This document shows, piece by piece, positions 21,907 to 33,011 of a stretch of 64,000 bases of DNA. Location: NCBI GenBank assembly GCA_963816065.1, contig CAWFJG010000028.1, positions 52,810 through 116,809 of the forward strand. The letters are read 5' to 3'. Origin of the DNA: an uncultured Alphaproteobacteria bacterium (lineage in GTDB: Bacteria > Pseudomonadota > Alphaproteobacteria > Rhizobiales > Beijerinckiaceae). The position numbers and the translations under genes were made by a program. Under the pieces are notes generated by a model that saw only the letters and a list, made by a program, of their open reading frames with translations, was not told the origin of the DNA and did no database searches. Position 1 is the stretch's first letter. The number at the start of each line of letters is the position of its first letter.

Positions 21907-23019
21907 ATGTCGACCGACGGCGTGAACGCACCTGTCCTTTCCTTCGGCGCTGCGGCTTCGCCGACCTGGGATCCGGAATTGGACGACGCGCTCGTCGTGC
22001 GACGGATTCGCGAGGAGACGGCGGACGTGAAGACGTTCGTCCTCGCAGCCGCGGCTCCTATCCGTTTCGCGTACGAGCCCGGACAGTTCATCACGGTGGC
22101 CCTCGACATCGACGGCGCGCGGATCAATCGCTGCTACACCCTGTCCTCGAGCCCAACGCGGCCGGACGTCGTCTCGATCACCGTCAAGCGGGTTCCCGGC
22201 GGCCCCGTGTCGAACTACCTCCACGACAGGATCGCCCCCGGAGCCGTGTTGCAGGCAAGCGGCCCCATGGGCGAGTTCACCTGCGTACGTCGCCCTGAGC
22301 GGAAGTATCTCTTCCTGTCGGGAGGCAGCGGCGTCACGCCCGTCATGTCGATGGCGCGGACGCATTTCGATCTGGCGACCGGAGCGGACATCGTCTTCCT
22401 GCACAGCGCGCGCACGCCGGCGGACGTCATCTTCCGCCGCGAGCTCGAGCATATGGCGGCGCGCGAACCCGTCTTCCGCTTCGCCGCGATCTGCGAGGTC
22501 GATGCGCCGTTCGAGCCCTGGCATGGACTGCGCGGACGTCTCTCGCGCGCCCATCTTGACGCCGTCGCCCCGGATTTTCTTGATCGCGAGATCTATGTCT
22601 GCGGCCCAAGCCCCTACATGGCCGGCGTGCGCGATCTCTTGCGCGAGGCCGGCTTTGATATGAGCCGCCACCACGAGGAAAGCTTCGTTTTCGCCGAGCT
22701 TGCCAGCACGGAGCCCGAGGCGGCCGCGGAAGCCGCTCAGGGGGTCGAGCCTGCGCGCGCGTTCAAGGTGACTTTCAGCAAGAGCGGCCGCGTCATCGAC
22801 TGCCGAGCGGACATGAACGTCCTCGAGGCGGCGCGTCGCGCCGGCCTTCGCCTGCCCTCATCCTGCACGAAGGGACTTTGCGGGACCTGCAAGTCGAAGC
22901 TTGTCGAGGGGGCGGTGGACATGAAACATGGCGGAGGCATCCGTCAGCGGGAGATCGATGCGGGCCTGGTGCTCATCTGCTGCTCCAGGCCGACAACCGA
23001 TCTCGTCATCGAACGCTAG
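21907..23019 (+). CDS. gbcB: FAD/NAD reductase-2Fe2S ferredoxin subunit of betaine monooxygenase
   Basis: RCYTLSS, SGGSGVTP, YVCGP, CTKGLCGTC...C. Confidence 0.88.
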   Translation: MSTDGVNAPVLSFGAAASPTWDPELDDALVVRRIREETADVKTFVLAAAAPIRFAYEPGQFITVALDIDGARINRCYTLSSSPTRPDVVSITVKRVPGGPVSNYLHDRIAPGAVLQASGPMGEFTCVRRPERKYLFLSGGSGVTPVMSMARTHFDLATGADIVFLHSARTPADVIFRRELEHMAAREPVFRFAAICEVDAPFEPWHGLRGRLSRAHLDAVAPDFLDREIYVCGPSPYMAGVRDLLREAGFDMSRHHEESFVFAELASTEPEAAAEAAQGVEPARAFKVTFSKSGRVIDCRADMNVLEAARRAGLRLPSSCTKGLCGTCKSKLVEGAVDMKHGGGIRQREIDAGLVLICCSRPTTDLVIER

Positions 23020-23220
23020 CCGATCCCATGACTGGCGACCAAACTTCTCTTCGCAACGCCGCAGGTCAGCGCCGTCGTCGGTTAGCGCCGCAGGGGTTTC
23101 GTTACCCTGCGCCTCTCCCCAGCGCCGATCACATCGCGGGCGCCGGAACGACCTCGAACTCCGACTCCCGGGTTTTTCGCGTAGGCGCCAGGCGCTCCGC
23201 CGCCAAAGAGGATTGAGATC

Positions 23221-24474
23221 ATGCGTCGCTTCTCTCTCTCCTCCCTTCTCGCCGAAGCCGCGTACGGCCACGAAGGCTGGCAACGCCAGTGGCGGGACCC
23301 GGCCCCCAAAGCGAGCTATGACGCCATCATCATCGGCGGCGGCGGCCATGGCCTCGGTGCGGCGTATTATCTCGCCAAGGAGCACGGCCTCGCGAACATC
23401 GCGGTCCTTGAAAAGGGCTGGATCGGCGGCGGCAACACCGGGCGAAACACGACGATCATCCGGTCGAACTACCTTTATGACGAAAGCGCGGGAATATACG
23501 AACACGCGATGAAGCTCTGGGAAGGTCTGTCCCAGGAGCTGAACTACAACGTCATGTTCTCCCAGCGCGGCGTGCTGATGCTGGCGCACAACCTGCATGA
23601 CGTGCAAAGCCTCAAGCGCCACGTCTACGCGAACCGCCTCAACGGTGTCGACAACGAGTGGCTAACGCCGGAGGAGGCCAAGGCGTTCTGCCCTCCGCTC
23701 AATGTCTCGCCCGCCATCCGATATCCGGTTCTCGGCGCGGCGCTTCAGCGGCGCGGAGGCACGGCCCGTCATGACGCGGTCGCGTGGGGCTACGCCCGCG
23801 CGGCAGATGCGCGCGGCGTCGACATCATCCAGAATTGTGAAGTCACGGCCATCAATCGTGGGCCGAACGGCGCGGTCACCGGGGTCGAGACCACGCGCGG
23901 CGCGATCCGGACGCCGAAGATCGGCGTCTCCGTCGCGGGGCATTCCTCGACGCTCATGGCGATGGCGGGTGTGCGCATGCCGCTCGAAAGTTTTCCGCTT
24001 CAGGCGCTGGTTTCGGAGCCGGTGAAGCCGTGCTTCCCCTGCGTGCTCATGTCCAACGCCGTCCACGCCTACATCTCGCAGTCCGACAAGGGCGAACTGG
24101 TGATCGGCGCCGGCACCGACCAATATGTGTCTTACAGCCAGCAGGGCGGCCTACACATCACCACCCATACATTGGAAGCCATCTGCGAGCTCTTTCCGCA
24201 ATTCTCCAGGATGCGGATGCTCAGGTCCTGGGGCGGCATCGTGGACGTCACGCCCGACCGCTCGCCGATTAGCGGCAAGACGCCGGCGCCCGGCCTCTAT
24301 GTCAATTGCGGCTGGGGCACAGGCGGATTCAAGGCAACTCCCGGGTCGGCCCACGTCTTCGCACATACTATCGCGCGCGACGAGCCCCACCCGATCAACG
24401 CGCCTTTCCACCTCGACCGCTTCCGCACCGGCCGCCTCATTGACGAGGCCGCGGCGGCGGCGGTCGCGCACTGA
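23221..24474 (+). CDS. soxB: Sarcosine oxidase beta subunit
   Basis: [38 protein letters not shown]-terminal AAAVAH. Confidence 0.95.
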   Translation: MRRFSLSSLLAEAAYGHEGWQRQWRDPAPKASYDAIIIGGGGHGLGAAYYLAKEHGLANIAVLEKGWIGGGNTGRNTTIIRSNYLYDESAGIYEHAMKLWEGLSQELNYNVMFSQRGVLMLAHNLHDVQSLKRHVYANRLNGVDNEWLTPEEAKAFCPPLNVSPAIRYPVLGAALQRRGGTARHDAVAWGYARAADARGVDIIQNCEVTAINRGPNGAVTGVETTRGAIRTPKIGVSVAGHSSTLMAMAGVRMPLESFPLQALVSEPVKPCFPCVLMSNAVHAYISQSDKGELVIGAGTDQYVSYSQQGGLHITTHTLEAICELFPQFSRMRMLRSWGGIVDVTPDRSPISGKTPAPGLYVNCGWGTGGFKATPGSAHVFAHTIARDEPHPINAPFHLDRFRTGRLIDEAAAAAVAH

Positions 24475-24485
24475 GTGGACTCCCG

Positions 24486-24806
24486 ATGCTTCTGATCGCC
24501 TGCCCTTATTGCGGCCCGCGGCCCGAGGTGGAGTTCCATTGCGGCGGCGAGGCCCATATCGTCCGCCCCCAGGACCCAGCCGGTCTCGGCGATGCGGAAT
24601 GGGCCGAGTACCTCTATTTCCGCAACAGCGTTAAGGGCGTCCACGCGGAGCGCTGGATCCATGACCACGGCTGCCGGCGATGGTTCAACGCCCTGCGCAA
24701 TACGATGTGCGACGCCTTCCTCGCCACATACGAAATCGGTCAGCCGCGCCCGACCCTGGACGTTTCAGGGGCCTACCTGGCCAGCGAAGGGAAAATCCAG
24801 GCATGA
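24486..24806 (+). CDS. soxD: Sarcosine oxidase delta subunit
   Basis: CPYCGPR...ERWIHDHGCRRWFN zinc motif. Confidence 0.95.
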   Translation: MLLIACPYCGPRPEVEFHCGGEAHIVRPQDPAGLGDAEWAEYLYFRNSVKGVHAERWIHDHGCRRWFNALRNTMCDAFLATYEIGQPRPTLDVSGAYLASEGKIQA

Positions 24807-27800
24807 CGGAGCCCAATCGCCTGCCTAAGGGCGGCCGCGTGGACCGCACGCGGCCCATTCGCTTCACCTTCAACGGGCGGGCGGTCACGGGCTACGCCGG
24901 CGATACGGTGGCGTCGGCGCTGCTGGCCAACGGCGTCCGCCTGATGGGTCGTTCGTTCAAATACCATCGACCGCGCGGCGTCCTGGCTCACGGCGTCGAC
25001 GAGCCGAACGCCCTGCTCAAGGTCGATCGCGGACCAGGTCGGGTGGACCCGAACAATCGCGCCACCGTGACCGAGGCCGTCGACGGCCTCAAGACCTTCT
25101 CGCAGAACCATTGGCCCTCGCTCGAACACGACATCGGCGCCGTGAACGATCTTTTCTCGCCGATCCTGGTCGCCGGGTTTTACTACAAGACTTTCATGTG
25201 GCCGCGCTCCTTCTGGGACAGGCTCTACGAGCCCCAGATCCGCGCCGCAGCCGGCCTCGGGATCGCGCCGCAAACCCCGGACGCCGACCGATACCTGCAC
25301 CGCAACGTCTATTGCGAGGTGCTGGTGGCCGGAGCGGGTCCGACCGGTCTTGCGGCGGCGCTCGCAGCCAGCGCGGCCGGCGCGCGCGTGATCCTCGCAG
25401 ACGAGCAGCCGGAAATGGGGGGCGCGCTTCTGCACGACACCGTTTCCGCCATCGACGGCGTCCCGGCTCTCGTCTGGGTGGAGAAGACGCTCGAAACGCT
25501 GCGCGCGCGCGCGAACGTGACGCTGCTGCCGCGCACCACAGCGTTCGGCTACTACAACCATAACTTTGTCGCGCTCGTCGAGCGGGTGACCGATCACGAA
25601 GCAAAGCCCCTATCGTCCCTGCCGCGCGAGCGTATGTGGCTGGTCCGCGCCACGGAGGTCGTGCTGGCCACGGGCGCGCACGAGCGTCCGCTCGCCTTCG
25701 CCGACAACGATCGTCCCGGCGTCATGCTTGCCGAGAGCGTCCGCGCTTATGTGAACCGCTATGGCGTGGCGCCGGGCAGGCGCATCGTCTTCGCCACCAA
25801 CGGCGCCTCCGCCTACAGGGCGGCCACGGATGCGATGGCCGCCGGGCTTGACGTCACTCTGGTGGACACCCGGCCCGAAGCCGCGATCGGCGCGGAACGG
25901 AGGCTCGCGTCCGGCATCCCGCATCTGACCGGCCACACGGTGGTCGGTTCGACCGGATCGAAGGGGCTCACGGGCCTGATCGTGGCCCCTGTGGACCCTT
26001 CCGGCAGAGTCGGCCCCCGGCGCACGCTGCCTTGCGATTGCGCGGGCGTCTCCGGCGGCTGGACCCCATCGGCGCATCTCTTCTCCCAGTCGCGCGGCAA
26101 GCTCGCCTTCAGGTCCGAGATCGACGCGTTTGTTCCCGGACAGGCGGGGCAAAGGGCGCGCTCCGCCGGCGCGTGCCGGGGGGTTTACGATCTTGGCGCA
26201 ACCCTGTCGGACGGATGGGCCGCCGGGGCGGCCGCGGCCGGGGCGGCCGTTGAGAAGACATTTACGGCGGATCCCCCGACGCCCCAGGGCTTCGTTCCTG
26301 TCCGGGTCCTTCCGACCGACGACGATCCCAAGAAGGTGCGCGCATTTATCGACTTTCAGAACGACGTGACGGCGAAGGACGTCCGCCTCGCGGTACGCGA
26401 AGGATTCGAAAGCGTCGAGCATGTGAAGCGCTACACGACGAACGGCATGGCGACCGATCAGGGCAAGACATCGAACATGGCGGCCCTGGGCCTGCTCTCT
26501 GAGATCCTGCAAAAGGACGTGCCGAAGGTCGGCGCGACAACCTTCCGGCCGCCTTATACGCCGGTCACCTTCGGGGCGATCGTGGGGTCCGCCAGCGGCG
26601 AATTGTTCGACCCCATTCGCAAGGCGCCGTTGCACGACTGGGCGGAGGCGCAGGGCGCGAAATTCGAGAACGTCTCGCTCTGGCGGCGCGCCTGGTACTT
26701 CCCGAAGGCGGGGGAAGATAGGCGTGCGGCGGTGGCGCGCGAGTGCAAGGCGGTGCGCGAGGGGGTCGGCATTTTCGACGCTTCGACCCTCGGCAAGATC
26801 GAAGTCGTCGGGCCGGACGCCGCGGAATTCCTGAATCGCATCTACATCAACGCCTGGCTCAAGCTCGAACCGGGCAAGTGCCGCTACGGGCTGATGCTGA
26901 AGGAAGACGGCTTCGTCTTCGATGACGGCGTCGTCGCGCGCCTCGCGCCGGACCGTTTCCATGTCACGACCACGACCGGCGGCGCGCCGCGCGTGCTCGC
27001 CCACATGGAGGACTATCTTCAAACCGAATGGCCCGATCTGCAGGTCTTTGTCACCTCCACGACGGAAGAGTGGGCGGTGATCGCCCTCCAGGGCCCAAAG
27101 GCGCGCGAGACGCTCGCGCCGCTCGTCTCCGACGTCGACGTCTCGGGCGAAGCCTTTCCGCACATGGCCATCCGGACCGGCCATGTGATGGGCGTTCCGG
27201 CGCGCATCTTCAGGGTCTCGTTCACCGGCGAACTCGGATATGAGATCAACGTGCCTTCGGATTACGCCCGCGCCGTCTGGGAGGCGCTCTGCGAACACGG
27301 GCGGCCCTTTGGCGTCACGCCCTACGGCACTGAAACGATGCATGTCCTGCGCGCCGAGCGCGGCTTCATCATCGTCGGTCAGGAGACCGACGGCACGGTC
27401 ACCCCGGATGATCTTGGCCTCGGCGGCATGGTGTCGAAGGCGAAGCGCGACTTCGTCGGCAAGCGCTCCCTGACGCGTCCAGACATGACGCTCGCCGACC
27501 GCAAACAACTGGTTGGGCTCCTGAGCCTCGACGGGCGCACCGTAGTCGAGGAAGGGGCGCAGATCGTCGAGGACACGAGCCAGTCCGTTCCGATGAAGAT
27601 GCTCGGGCACGTCACGTCGTCATATTTCAGTCCGACTTGCGGTCACCCGATCGCCATGGCGCTTGTTTCGGGCGGCCGGGGCCGCATGGACCAGACCCTC
27701 CATGCGACCACGCCTTCCGGCTTCACGGCGGTGAAAGTGGTCGCCCCAGTCTTCTTCGACGCCAAGGGCGCCCGGGTGAACGGCGCAGGCGCCAGGGAAT

Positions 27801-27814
27801 TGATCGATGCTTGA
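24803..27814 (+). CDS. soxA: Sarcosine oxidase alpha subunit
   Basis: RSFKYHRPRG, KRYTTNGMATDQGK, C-terminal GcvT domain; ATG 24803 overlaps the soxD stop. Confidence 0.95.
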   Translation: MTEPNRLPKGGRVDRTRPIRFTFNGRAVTGYAGDTVASALLANGVRLMGRSFKYHRPRGVLAHGVDEPNALLKVDRGPGRVDPNNRATVTEAVDGLKTFSQNHWPSLEHDIGAVNDLFSPILVAGFYYKTFMWPRSFWDRLYEPQIRAAAGLGIAPQTPDADRYLHRNVYCEVLVAGAGPTGLAAALAASAAGARVILADEQPEMGGALLHDTVSAIDGVPALVWVEKTLETLRARANVTLLPRTTAFGYYNHNFVALVERVTDHEAKPLSSLPRERMWLVRATEVVLATGAHERPLAFADNDRPGVMLAESVRAYVNRYGVAPGRRIVFATNGASAYRAATDAMAAGLDVTLVDTRPEAAIGAERRLASGIPHLTGHTVVGSTGSKGLTGLIVAPVDPSGRVGPRRTLPCDCAGVSGGWTPSAHLFSQSRGKLAFRSEIDAFVPGQAGQRARSAGACRGVYDLGATLSDGWAAGAAAAGAAVEKTFTADPPTPQGFVPVRVLPTDDDPKKVRAFIDFQNDVTAKDVRLAVREGFESVEHVKRYTTNGMATDQGKTSNMAALGLLSEILQKDVPKVGATTFRPPYTPVTFGAIVGSASGELFDPIRKAPLHDWAEAQGAKFENVSLWRRAWYFPKAGEDRRAAVARECKAVREGVGIFDASTLGKIEVVGPDAAEFLNRIYINAWLKLEPGKCRYGLMLKEDGFVFDDGVVARLAPDRFHVTTTTGGAPRVLAHMEDYLQTEWPDLQVFVTSTTEEWAVIALQGPKARETLAPLVSDVDVSGEAFPHMAIRTGHVMGVPARIFRVSFTGELGYEINVPSDYARAVWEALCEHGRPFGVTPYGTETMHVLRAERGFIIVGQETDGTVTPDDLGLGGMVSKAKRDFVGKRSLTRPDMTLADRKQLVGLLSLDGRTVVEEGAQIVEDTSQSVPMKMLGHVTSSYFSPTCGHPIAMALVSGGRGRMDQTLHATTPSGFTAVKVVAPVFFDAKGARVNGAGARELIDA

Positions 27815-28358
27815 CGCGATGCGCAGGGTCCCCCGCTCCTCAATTCTCCCGCCGCAGAGGGATGGCGGCATGATCGCCGTCCTTGCGCCGGCCGACCGCT
27901 TCGCGCTTCGATTGCAGGGCGCCCGCGACGAAACGATCGCGGGCTTCGACCTCGGCGGCCCGATCAACTCCGTGCGCGGCGACACGGATCGCTTCGCGGC
28001 CAGGCTCGGCCCAGACGAATGGCTTCTCATCCAGCCCGAAGGGGACGGCCATTCGACGCTCGAAGCCCTGCAAACGGGGATCGCCAATCGCCGTCACTCG
28101 CTGGTCGCGGCGGGACACCGAAACGTCGCGATCGCCGTGCGCGGTCGCCACGCCTCGACGGTGCTGAGCGCCGGCGTTCCGCTCGACCTCGGGGACCGCG
28201 GGTTTCCCGTGGGCATGGCGACGCGCACGCTCCTTGGCAAGGCCGAGGTGGCGCTGGTTCGCCCGGCTCCCGGAGATCACTTCCGCGTCGAGTGCTGGCG
28301 TTCTTTCGCGCCCTATGTCCACGCCTTTCTGGTGAACTCCGCGCGGGAATTCGCATGA
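27807..28358 (+). CDS. soxG: Sarcosine oxidase gamma subunit
   Basis: LGPDEWL, VECWRSFAPY. Confidence 0.9.
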   Translation: MLDAMRRVPRSSILPPQRDGGMIAVLAPADRFALRLQGARDETIAGFDLGGPINSVRGDTDRFAARLGPDEWLLIQPEGDGHSTLEALQTGIANRRHSLVAAGHRNVAIAVRGRHASTVLSAGVPLDLGDRGFPVGMATRTLLGKAEVALVRPAPGDHFRVECWRSFAPYVHAFLVNSAREFA

Positions 28359-28478
28359 CGACGGTTGTTTGGATCAAAATATTGTACAGTCGCTCGACAG
28401 GCGATCGATCGAGGACGCCAGGCGGGGCTTGTCCGCAAGCGGCCGACATCCCTACAACGCGTAGACGAGGAGGGCGCC

Positions 28479-29324
28479 GTGGAAGAGTGGTTTGCCGAGC
28501 CGAAAATCCCTTTGGGTCTATGGGCCAAAATAGGGATCACGTGGCTTCAAGATAACGCCGCCGGCTTTTTCGACGCGGTCACTGCGATCATCGACTTCTC
28601 GGTCGATGGATTCACCACGGTTCTCCTTCATATTCCGTTCCTCGTCGTAGTCTTCGCCATCGCGGGGCTCGGCTATTGGCTTCACCGCTCCTGGAAGCTC
28701 GCGCTGTTTGTTGTCGTCGCGTTCCTGATCATCGCCAACCTCGGCTACTGGGAAGCGACCGTACAGACGATCTCCCTTGTTGGCTTTGCCACGCTTGCCA
28801 GCGTCCTTGTCGGCGTGCCTCTCGGCATCGCCTCGGCCCACAGGTCCTGGCTCTATTCGTTCATGCGGCCGCTGCTCGATCTGATGCAGACGCTCCCGAC
28901 CTTCGTCTATCTCATCCCGACGCTGGTGCTGTTCCACCTCGGCTCGGCCCCAGGCCTGATCTCGACCGTGATCTTCGCCATCCCCGCGCCGATCCGGTTG
29001 ACCCATCTCGGCATCATCTCCGTGCCCTCTTCACTCAAGGAGGCCGGCCAAGCCTTCGGCGCCACGAATCGGCAGCTCCTGTGGAAGGTGGAACTGCCTT
29101 ATGCGCTGCCGACGATCATGGCCGGCGTCACGCAATGCATTATGCTGAGCCTGTCGATGGTGGTGATTGCGGCGCTGGTCGGCGCGGCCGGTCTCGGCAC
29201 GCCCGTGGTCCGAGCTCTCGGAACGGTCAACATTCCGATGGGCATCGAGGCCGGCATGTCGATCGTCTTGCTCGCAATCGTGCTCGATCGCGTCTTCCGT
29301 AACCCCGATCGAAAGGGCGCCTAA
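28479..29324 (+). CDS. choW: Choline ABC transporter permease
   Basis: KIPLG, LDLMQTLPTFVYLIP, EAGQAFG EAA-like loop; GTG start after GAGGAG. Confidence 0.92.
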   Translation: MEEWFAEPKIPLGLWAKIGITWLQDNAAGFFDAVTAIIDFSVDGFTTVLLHIPFLVVVFAIAGLGYWLHRSWKLALFVVVAFLIIANLGYWEATVQTISLVGFATLASVLVGVPLGIASAHRSWLYSFMRPLLDLMQTLPTFVYLIPTLVLFHLGSAPGLISTVIFAIPAPIRLTHLGIISVPSSLKEAGQAFGATNRQLLWKVELPYALPTIMAGVTQCIMLSLSMVVIAALVGAAGLGTPVVRALGTVNIPMGIEAGMSIVLLAIVLDRVFRNPDRKGA

Positions 29325-30523
29325 TGTCCGCCGTTGTCTTCGACCATGTCGACATCGTTTTCGGAGGGAAGCAGGCTGAGGCTCTCGCGCTGATCGACAA
29401 AGGCGCAACCCGGGACGAGATTCTGAAGACGACCAATGTGGTGCTCGGCGCCGCGGGGATCGATCTCACGGTGGAGCCCGGCGAGATCTGCGTGCTCATG
29501 GGCCTGTCCGGCTCGGGCAAGTCGACGATCCTGCGCGCGGTCAATGGGCTCAACAAAGTGGCGCGCGGCCGATTGCTGGTGAAGCACGGCGAGGGCGCAA
29601 TCGACGTCGCGCATTGTTCAGACGCCGAGCTTCGAATGCTGCGCACAAGCCGCGTGGCGATGGTTTTCCAACAGTTCGCGCTTCTGCCCTGGCGGACGGT
29701 CGCGCAGAACGTCGGGTTGGGGCTCGAACTGCGTCGCACCCCCAAGGCGCAAATCGACAAGATCGTGGCGGAGAAGCTCGCCATGGTGGGCCTGACGCAA
29801 TGGGCCGGCAAGTACGGTCATGAACTTTCCGGCGGCATGCAGCAGCGCGTCGGACTCGCGCGCGCCTTCGCCACCGACGCGGACATCCTGCTTATGGACG
29901 AACCGTTCTCGGCGCTCGACCCGCTGATCCGCGACAAATTGCAGGACGAGTTGCTCATGCTCCAGTCGGAGTTGAAGAAGACGATCATCTTCGTAAGTCA
30001 CGACCTCGACGAGGCGCTGAAGATCGGCAACAAGATCGCCATCCTCGAAGGCGGCCGCATCGTCCAGTGCGGGGGCGCGGAGGACATTCTCCTGCGGCCT
30101 GCAGACGCGTATGTGGCCGAATTCGTCAAGCACATGAACCCGCTGAACGTGCTGCGCGGCGGCTCGTTGATGACGCCCGCGGCCGCCCTCGCTCGCACCG
30201 ATGACGAAATGCACCTCGACCGGAACGGCCGAATCCGACTGAAGCTGGATCGCGAAGGCCGGCCGCTCGGGGTGACCCTCGACGGACGCGCGGGCGCGAT
30301 GGCGGTCGCCGACCGCGCCACCGGGCAAATTCAGGCGACCAATCCGGACGACGTCGACATCGTCGTGGCGCCCATCGACCTCAGAATGCGCTCGGCGATT
30401 GCACTCCGGAGTTTTTCCGGCAATCCGATCGTGCTCGTTGACGATCTGGGGCGCATGGCGGGTCTCTGCGGCGACGACGAAATCTATCGCGCTCTCCTGC
30501 AGCAGCGGCGGCCGGCTGCATAA
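29324..30523 (+). CDS. choV: Choline ABC transporter ATP-binding protein
   Basis: GLSGSGKS, LSGGMQQRVGLARA, DEPFSALDPLIR. Confidence 0.92.
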   Translation: MSAVVFDHVDIVFGGKQAEALALIDKGATRDEILKTTNVVLGAAGIDLTVEPGEICVLMGLSGSGKSTILRAVNGLNKVARGRLLVKHGEGAIDVAHCSDAELRMLRTSRVAMVFQQFALLPWRTVAQNVGLGLELRRTPKAQIDKIVAEKLAMVGLTQWAGKYGHELSGGMQQRVGLARAFATDADILLMDEPFSALDPLIRDKLQDELLMLQSELKKTIIFVSHDLDEALKIGNKIAILEGGRIVQCGGAEDILLRPADAYVAEFVKHMNPLNVLRGGSLMTPAAALARTDDEMHLDRNGRIRLKLDREGRPLGVTLDGRAGAMAVADRATGQIQATNPDDVDIVVAPIDLRMRSAIALRSFSGNPIVLVDDLGRMAGLCGDDEIYRALLQQRRPAA

Positions 30524-30879
30524 ACCCGGCCGAGCGTGCGCAGCCGCGATTTTGGTGGAGCGTTGGCGAGCTTCGCCGCAAGCCCGGCCCGCGTCACGCC
30601 AGCGTCGCCTCCGTCCGATCCTTGGCTCGTGTGCTAACGTGCTGATCGCCTTGCTATTTTCTAGGTATGGCGACAATTGCTTCTAAAATCATCAAATCTA
30701 TGCTATATTCAATCTCATCGGGCGATCGGGCCGGCAGGGGCGCGCCGAAGCGAGGACGAAATGAACGAGACGAGGCCGCTGGGCGGTGGAGCGGCGGAGG
30801 TGAATTCGGCCGGCGCGGCGGCAATCGGGGCGCGCGGCGGCGCGGCGCGCGCTGACAGACTTTTTCCCCCGCGGTCGGC

Positions 30880-31010
30880 CGTAACCCATTGATAAGTCCC
30901 AAAATCGCGGAAATTTTTTGCAACTTTTGGAAGCGAATGGAAATTCCTGGAAGCCTCGGCGGAAAGAATTTGCAGCTTTCGGAAGCGAACTGAAGGAAAT
31001 GGAAGGCGCG
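30880..31010. repeat. Intergenic element with degenerate internal repeats
   Basis: GCAACTTTTGGAAGCGAA and GCAGCTTTCGGAAGCGAA plus multiple GGAA units after CGTAACCCATTGATAAG. Confidence 0.4.
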
Positions 31011-31034
31011 TATGCGCCTGAACCTGCGAACCCT

Positions 31035-32955
31035 TCACGTTCCGCCCGGCCCACTGGCTATGACCGTCCGTCGCAAAGGCGGCGCGTCGGTGTCGATGCG
31101 TCCTCCTCTCCACCAGACGCCCTCGGACTCGCACAGTCCGTCATCGTTGACGAAACTCAGCCGCCGATCGCACGTGGCGACGAGGACGGCGGCCCGCTCC
31201 GAATCCCCCGCGAAGACGCCGAGCGTTTCCGCCGCGCTGTCCTTGCCCAGCTCAACCGCGACCTCATCATCATTGCTGAAAGATTGGAGGGCGACGACGG
31301 GAGCGAATGCATCGGCGCGCACAAGAGCGGAGGCCGGGCCGCAGCCGTCGATGACGGTCGGCGCAAGAAAAAGGGGCTCGGACGGCGAAGCGAACCGCAT
31401 CTTGCCGCCCGCCAGGAGCGATGCGCCGGCCCGCAAGTCCATCGCGAGCAGGCTCTCGATCCATTGCCCGTGTTCTCGCGACAGCAGCGGACCGACCTCA
31501 GTCTCCTGCGCCAGCGGATCGCCCAGCCGAAGCGCGGTCGCCACCGCCGCACAGGCTTCGGCGAAGCGCCGATGAACCGATTGATGGACATAGACCCGGC
31601 TCTGACTGGCGAAGGTCGAACCGGTCCAAGCCCGGCTGCCGAGCAGAACCGAACGAGACGCCTTTTCCAGATCGGCGCCGGGCAAGATGACGGTCGCCGC
31701 CTTTGGACCCGCATGTCCGAGCCTGGCTTCGTCATCGTCTCCGGAACCCCGCGACGCCTCTCCCGACGCAAAGGTGAGAACGCCCTCCGGCAAGCCGGCG
31801 CTGGCAAGGAGCGCGGCTACTTCGGCGATCGTTTGTGCGGCGCGAGGATCGGGCCGCAGGAGGAGCGCGTCACCGCGGGCCATGGCCCTCGCGAAGGCGC
31901 CGAGTTCGAGGACGGGACGGCTCCAGTGAAGGGCTCCCCCAATGAGGCGGGCTGCCGCGTGGCGACGCTCCTCGGTCCGGCCCGCCTCCAGTTCGATCCG
32001 CACCCTGCCCATTCCGCGCGCCATGCCCGCAGCGTCTTCGAGCCCGATGACCGCGGCTGCCAGGTCCGCCGACGTCGCCCGAATTGGGCGCCTCGGTCTG
32101 CCGAGTCTCGAGACGCGCCAACGCTTGCGCCTCGCCCCGCAGAGCATTCGCACATTTGTGCAGGATGCGGCCCCGGTCCGGGGGCGTCAGCGTCTCCCAA
32201 TCCGCAAGCCTCCGCCCTGCCCCTCGCGCTGCATGGGCGACCTGGACATCTCCACCGGGAAAAACCCAGAAGGACTTCGGCTCGATGGTCGGAAAGCGGC
32301 CTCCGACGCGGCGGGGCGAAGACAGCGGGTGGGAAACCGAGAAACGAGCATCGGTGGAGGCTCTTTGGGCGGCGCTGGCCAACAAGCCCTCCACCAAGGC
32401 TCGAATCAGAGTGCGAGCGGAGCCGCCGTCCGCGCCAGTCGCAGCGTCGCGCGGCGCGGCGACGTGCGATCGCAGCCAGAGACCGTCAATCCCTGCGGCG
32501 ATGAGAACTGCGCAAAGGCCGATGCAGTCTTCCGGAACAAGACCGTGGAGCGCGTGGCGCAGATTCGAGATCATGCGTCGCTCGTAAATTCGCTGGACCC
32601 GCTGATAGCGAGCCGAGTGGGCCATTTGGCCCCAGAAAGCGAGCCACACCGCGCCAGTCCGCCGGTCGAACTCCTCGTCCGCCAGAGCGGCTAGGCAAAC
32701 CGCGAACAGACGCTCGCGGCGCGTCGTTGCGGCGCGCAATCCCGAGGCGGTCGATCGGGCCAGCCGCGCCGCCATGAAACGGAGCGTCGCCTCCAGGAGG
32801 CCGTCCTTGTCGCCAAAATAATGAGCGAACAGACCAATCGAGACTTTCGCGCGCCGGGCAATCTCGCTCAACGAGGCGGCGTTGAAGCCAACCTCCGCGA
32901 GCGTTTCGATCGTGGCTTCTATCAACTGGCGCCGCCGGGCCGCTTCATCGCTCAT
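31035..32955 (-). CDS. betI: BetI (TetR) repressor fused to a degenerate aldehyde-dehydrogenase-like domain (about 639 aa); +1 frameshift near 32093
   Basis: N-terminal RRRQLIEAT...HYFGDKDGLLEAT...WLAFW...IDGLWLR; continues without a stop into an ALDH fold (DRGRILHKCANALR, LARLETRQT[G]RPI, AGLPEGV, RVYVHQSV, LGDPL..ETEVGPL, PTVI, FAPV). Confidence 0.8.
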
Positions 32956-32993
32956 GGTCCGTGCAAAATAGGCGGACCAGCCTCTGGAAGCAA

Positions 32994-33011
32994 ATTGAAT
33001 GAATATTCATT
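32994..33011. promoter_or_regulatory. Putative BetI operator (near betI start)
   Basis: ATTGAATGAATATTCATT, one mismatch to ATTGA-N8-TCAAT. Confidence 0.65.

Noticed and set aside
20677-22674. Long antisense ORFs (also 25610-27610, 30918-32504, 46314-48638, 19287-20690, 35079-36476)
   Set aside because: Shadow ORFs opposite well-supported genes in high-GC DNA, with no recognisable motifs
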